From assembly GCA_963806225.1 (NCBI GenBank), contig CAWDXG010000004.1:2048001-2112000 (forward strand): a stretch of 64,000 nucleotides of DNA, written 5' to 3'. This stretch comes from an uncultured delta proteobacterium (GTDB lineage: Bacteria; Myxococcota_A; Polyangia; Polyangiales; Polyangiaceae). Each line of letters begins with the position of its first letter. Positions within the stretch are counted from its first letter, which is position 1. Both the position numbers and the translations under genes were made by a program. Shown piece after piece: positions 61,278-64,000 of the stretch. The notes beneath the pieces were generated by a model. That model was not told the DNA's origin. It saw nothing but the letters and a program-made list of their open reading frames with translations, and made no database searches.

Positions 61278-61907
61278 ATGACCGCAAGCCGCCAGCGCCG
61301 ACTCCAACTGCTCGTCGAGCACCAACAGGAGCTGCTCGCCTGCCGGCGTTGTCCCGGGATGATCCCACCGGTCGTCAGCTGCGGCCCGGTGCTAGGCGAC
61401 GTGATGCTGCTCGGGCAAGCGCCCGGAAGCCGCGAGGGGAAGCTTGGACGACCTTTCGCATGGACCGCGGGCAGGACGATGTTCGGCTGGTTCGAGGGGC
61501 TGGGCATCGACGAAGCGCGGTTCCGGAAGCGGGTCTACATGGCTGCCGTGTGTCGCTGCTTTCCCGGGTCGCTGACCGGCGGAGGCGATCGCGTGCCGAA
61601 CCGGCGGGAGATCGAGGCTTGCGAGGAGTGGATGCGCCGGGACTTCGAGCTACTGCGCCCCAAGCTGGTGATCGCCGTCGGCCGCCTCGCCATCAGCCGC
61701 TTCCTGTCGTTCAAACGGCTGACGGAGGTCGTCGGCCGGCAGCACTGCGCGGAGTGCTTCGGCCAACGCTTCGACTTGATTCCTCTACCGCACCCGTCCG
61801 GCGCTTCCACGTGGCACAGAACGGAGCCCGGCCGGACGCTGCTCGGCCGCGCGCTGTCGCAGCTCGGCGAGCACCCCGCGTTCGGTCGCGTCGTACGCCC
61901 ACCCTGA
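61278..61907 (+). CDS. Uracil-DNA glycosylase family protein
   Basis: CRRC, GQAPG..E, GRPF, CRCFP, HPSG. Confidence 0.9.
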   Translation: MTASRQRRLQLLVEHQQELLACRRCPGMIPPVVSCGPVLGDVMLLGQAPGSREGKLGRPFAWTAGRTMFGWFEGLGIDEARFRKRVYMAAVCRCFPGSLTGGGDRVPNRREIEACEEWMRRDFELLRPKLVIAVGRLAISRFLSFKRLTEVVGRQHCAECFGQRFDLIPLPHPSGASTWHRTEPGRTLLGRALSQLGEHPAFGRVVRPP

Positions 61908-61973
61908 ACGGGCGTCGGGGCCAAAGCGGCACAAACTTCCATTTTGGCCGCCGATCCCTCAAAGTCCCGCCCC

Positions 61974-62711
61974 ATGCGCCGTCGCGCGACAGAGCTGTTT
62001 CTTTCGCTGGCCGTGGGAGCGGCATTCCTTTCGACTCCCGCAGCAGCGTCGAACAAGTACCTGGAGGTTCCGCCGGCCTCGGTCGTGCGTGCGTCGCCCG
62101 CCTACCGCTACGCCAACCTGACCAACGAGCAGGCCTACGCCGAGCTGGACCGGCGCGGCGTGGGCTACGAGCTTGCCGAACCGCCGACCGGCGGTGTCCG
62201 TGCGCCGATGCGGCTGACGGGACGACTGCACGACGTGTGGATCCACTCGTCCCTGCCGGCTGCAAAGCGGCGCGAATCCCCGTTCGAGATCCTCGACGCG
62301 CGGCTGGCGCTCGCCCTGGACGATTTCTGCGGGATCCTCGCCCACCACGACGTCGTGGAGGTCGTGCACTTCACCATGTACCGGCCCTCGCCCGAGCTCA
62401 GGGCCGACTCGCACGGCAAGCGTTTCCGCCACGCCGGCGGTCTGGCGATCGACGTGGGAGCGCTCAGGAAGCGCAACGGCGAGTGGCTCAGGGTCGGACC
62501 GGACTGGTCCTCGAGCGTCGGGGCGAAGACCTGCGGCGCTGGCGCCCGTCACCTGCACGATGCGAAAGGCCGCGAGCTGCAGAGCATCCTGTGCGAAGCG
62601 GCGGACGAGCGGCTCTTCACGTACATGCTCACGCCGCATTTCAACAAGGCGCACGCCGACCACATGCACCTCGAGGTCAAGCCCGGGGTCAAGTGGTTCC
62701 TGGTGAACTAG
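61974..62711 (+). CDS. Extensin-like family protein
   Basis: Signal peptide; HAGGLAID; TPHFNKAHADHMH. Confidence 0.8.
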   Translation: MRRRATELFLSLAVGAAFLSTPAAASNKYLEVPPASVVRASPAYRYANLTNEQAYAELDRRGVGYELAEPPTGGVRAPMRLTGRLHDVWIHSSLPAAKRRESPFEILDARLALALDDFCGILAHHDVVEVVHFTMYRPSPELRADSHGKRFRHAGGLAIDVGALRKRNGEWLRVGPDWSSSVGAKTCGAGARHLHDAKGRELQSILCEAADERLFTYMLTPHFNKAHADHMHLEVKPGVKWFLVN

Positions 62712-62726
62712 CGTCGCGAGCCTTCG

Positions 62727-63527
62727 CTAGCGTCCCTTGAAGTGGGGCTCGCGTTTCTCGAAGAACGCCAGCACGCCCTCCACGGTGTCCTCCGTCCGGA
62801 CCAGCTTCTCCAGATCGGCAAGCTCGCGTTGGCGGATGCGTTCCATCCCCTCGCCGAGCCCTGCCATCTGCGAGAGGGCGGCACGGACTGCCAACGGCGG
62901 CAGCGCGGCAATACGTTCGGCGAGCGCTCGCGCTTCCGCCTCCGCGTCGTCGGCGACGCGCTGCACGACGCCGCGCGCCAGCGCCTCTTCGGCGGGCACG
63001 CGCCGTCCGGTGAGCAGCAGGTCCAGCGCGAAGCCGGGGCCCGAGAGCGGCACGAGCCGCTCCAGTGCGCCCCAGCTCGGCAGATAGCCCCGCTGGATCT
63101 CGGGGAGCGCGACATGCGCGCTCCTGGCCATCACGCGCAGGTGGCAGGCCAGCGCCAGCTCGAAGCCACCTCCGACGGCCGGGCGCTGGATCGCGGCGAT
63201 CACGGGCACTGGAAAGGCCGAGATGCGGTCGAGGATGGTGTGCGCCTGGGCGGTCCAGCGCGAAAGGCCATCCGGTTCCGCCAGAGGGCCGACCGCGCCC
63301 ATGTCCGCGCCGGCGCTGAAGGCCCGGTCCCCGGCACCCTGTAGAATCACGACGGCCACCCCGGGGGACGCTTCGGCCTGTTCGAAGGCCTGTTCCAGGG
63401 CATCCAGCTGCGCCTGGTCGAAGGCATTGGCCTTGGGCCGGTCCAGGGTCAGCGTGAGCACGGGGGAGCCGGAATCGGAGTGGATTGTCACATCTGCCGT
63501 GCTGCCAGAGCTGGGCGCGGGGCTCAA
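62727..63527 (-). CDS. Enoyl-CoA hydratase/isomerase
   Basis: FSAGADM, GGGFELA, LPE, AFFEKR. Confidence 0.93.
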   Translation of the reverse strand: MSPAPSSGSTADVTIHSDSGSPVLTLTLDRPKANAFDQAQLDALEQAFEQAEASPGVAVVILQGAGDRAFSAGADMGAVGPLAEPDGLSRWTAQAHTILDRISAFPVPVIAAIQRPAVGGGFELALACHLRVMARSAHVALPEIQRGYLPSWGALERLVPLSGPGFALDLLLTGRRVPAEEALARGVVQRVADDAEAEARALAERIAALPPLAVRAALSQMAGLGEGMERIRQRELADLEKLVRTEDTVEGVLAFFEKREPHFKGR

Positions 63528-63616
63528 CTGTCCCGGTTGCGGGCGATGCGCGTTGACATCCCCCGTTCCCCCGGGACAATCCCCAGAAGCCCGGGGCGCG
63601 CGCCCCAGCTGCGGTC

Positions 63617-64000
63617 ATGCCCACGCTGAGCTCCTCCATCGTCAAGCAACAGGTCGCGTCCATGCGCGACGTCGAGGAGGCCCTGGCCCGGCAGGTGCTG
63701 TACGGCGGCGATCTGGCGACGAACCTGCTCGAGTTGGCGGCGGTGAGCGAAGCGCAGCTGACGCGCCTGCTCGCCGAGAGCCACGGACTCGAAGCAGGAC
63801 CGGACGGAGAGTTGCCGCGCGCCCAGGAGAGCACCTTGCGCCTGGTACCGGGAGATCTGGCGTTGCGTCACGGGCTCTACCCGCTCGAGGAGCACGACGG
63901 CACACTCGCCGTCGCCGTCAGCGATCCGCTGCCGCCCGAGGTCGAGCAGGATCTCGGCTTCGCGCTCGGCGTGACCATCGAACAGCGCGCGGCACCCCTC
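63617..64000 (+). CDS. GspE-N/MshEN-like (FrgA-like) protein, 3'-partial
   Basis: Translated by eye: EEALARQVLYGGDLATNLLE...LAVAVSDP; open to the window end. Confidence 0.7.
   Translation, partial: MPTLSSSIVKQQVASMRDVEEALARQVLYGGDLATNLLELAAVSEAQLTRLLAESHGLEAGPDGELPRAQESTLRLVPGDLALRHGLYPLEEHDGTLAVAVSDPLPPEVEQDLGFALGVTIEQRAAPL

Overview
High-GC window from what looks like a myxobacterial (Polyangiaceae-like) genome, judging by MYXO-CTERM tails, Gly-rich lipoproteins and an FrgA/GspE-N-like gene. Bases 1-14.4 kb form a scrambled accessory region. A translationally coupled pair (large Kelch-like protein 'A' plus lipoprotein 'B') is followed by stacked orphan fragments of A and B paralogues, with junctions sitting at B stop codons. 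The region also holds two near-identical 1266-bp TGT...ACA IS481-like elements bracketing a two-component system and two lipoproteins, a broken trypsin/FG-GAP gene, and an MNT-HEPN toxin-antitoxin pair. Bases 14.5-64 kb are mostly intact genes: amidase, GDPD, biotin carboxylase, GH94-like protein, pirin, TDO, a vWA lipoprotein, ctaA, an alpha-2-macroglobulin, MarR-MFS, comM-recA and UDG. Several proteins look catalytically degenerate: a RecQ with a histone-H1-like tail, an S46 peptidase with Ser->Ala, and a SOD-like protein. Several single-base frameshifts may be sequencing errors. All family calls come from motif recognition by eye; no searches were run.
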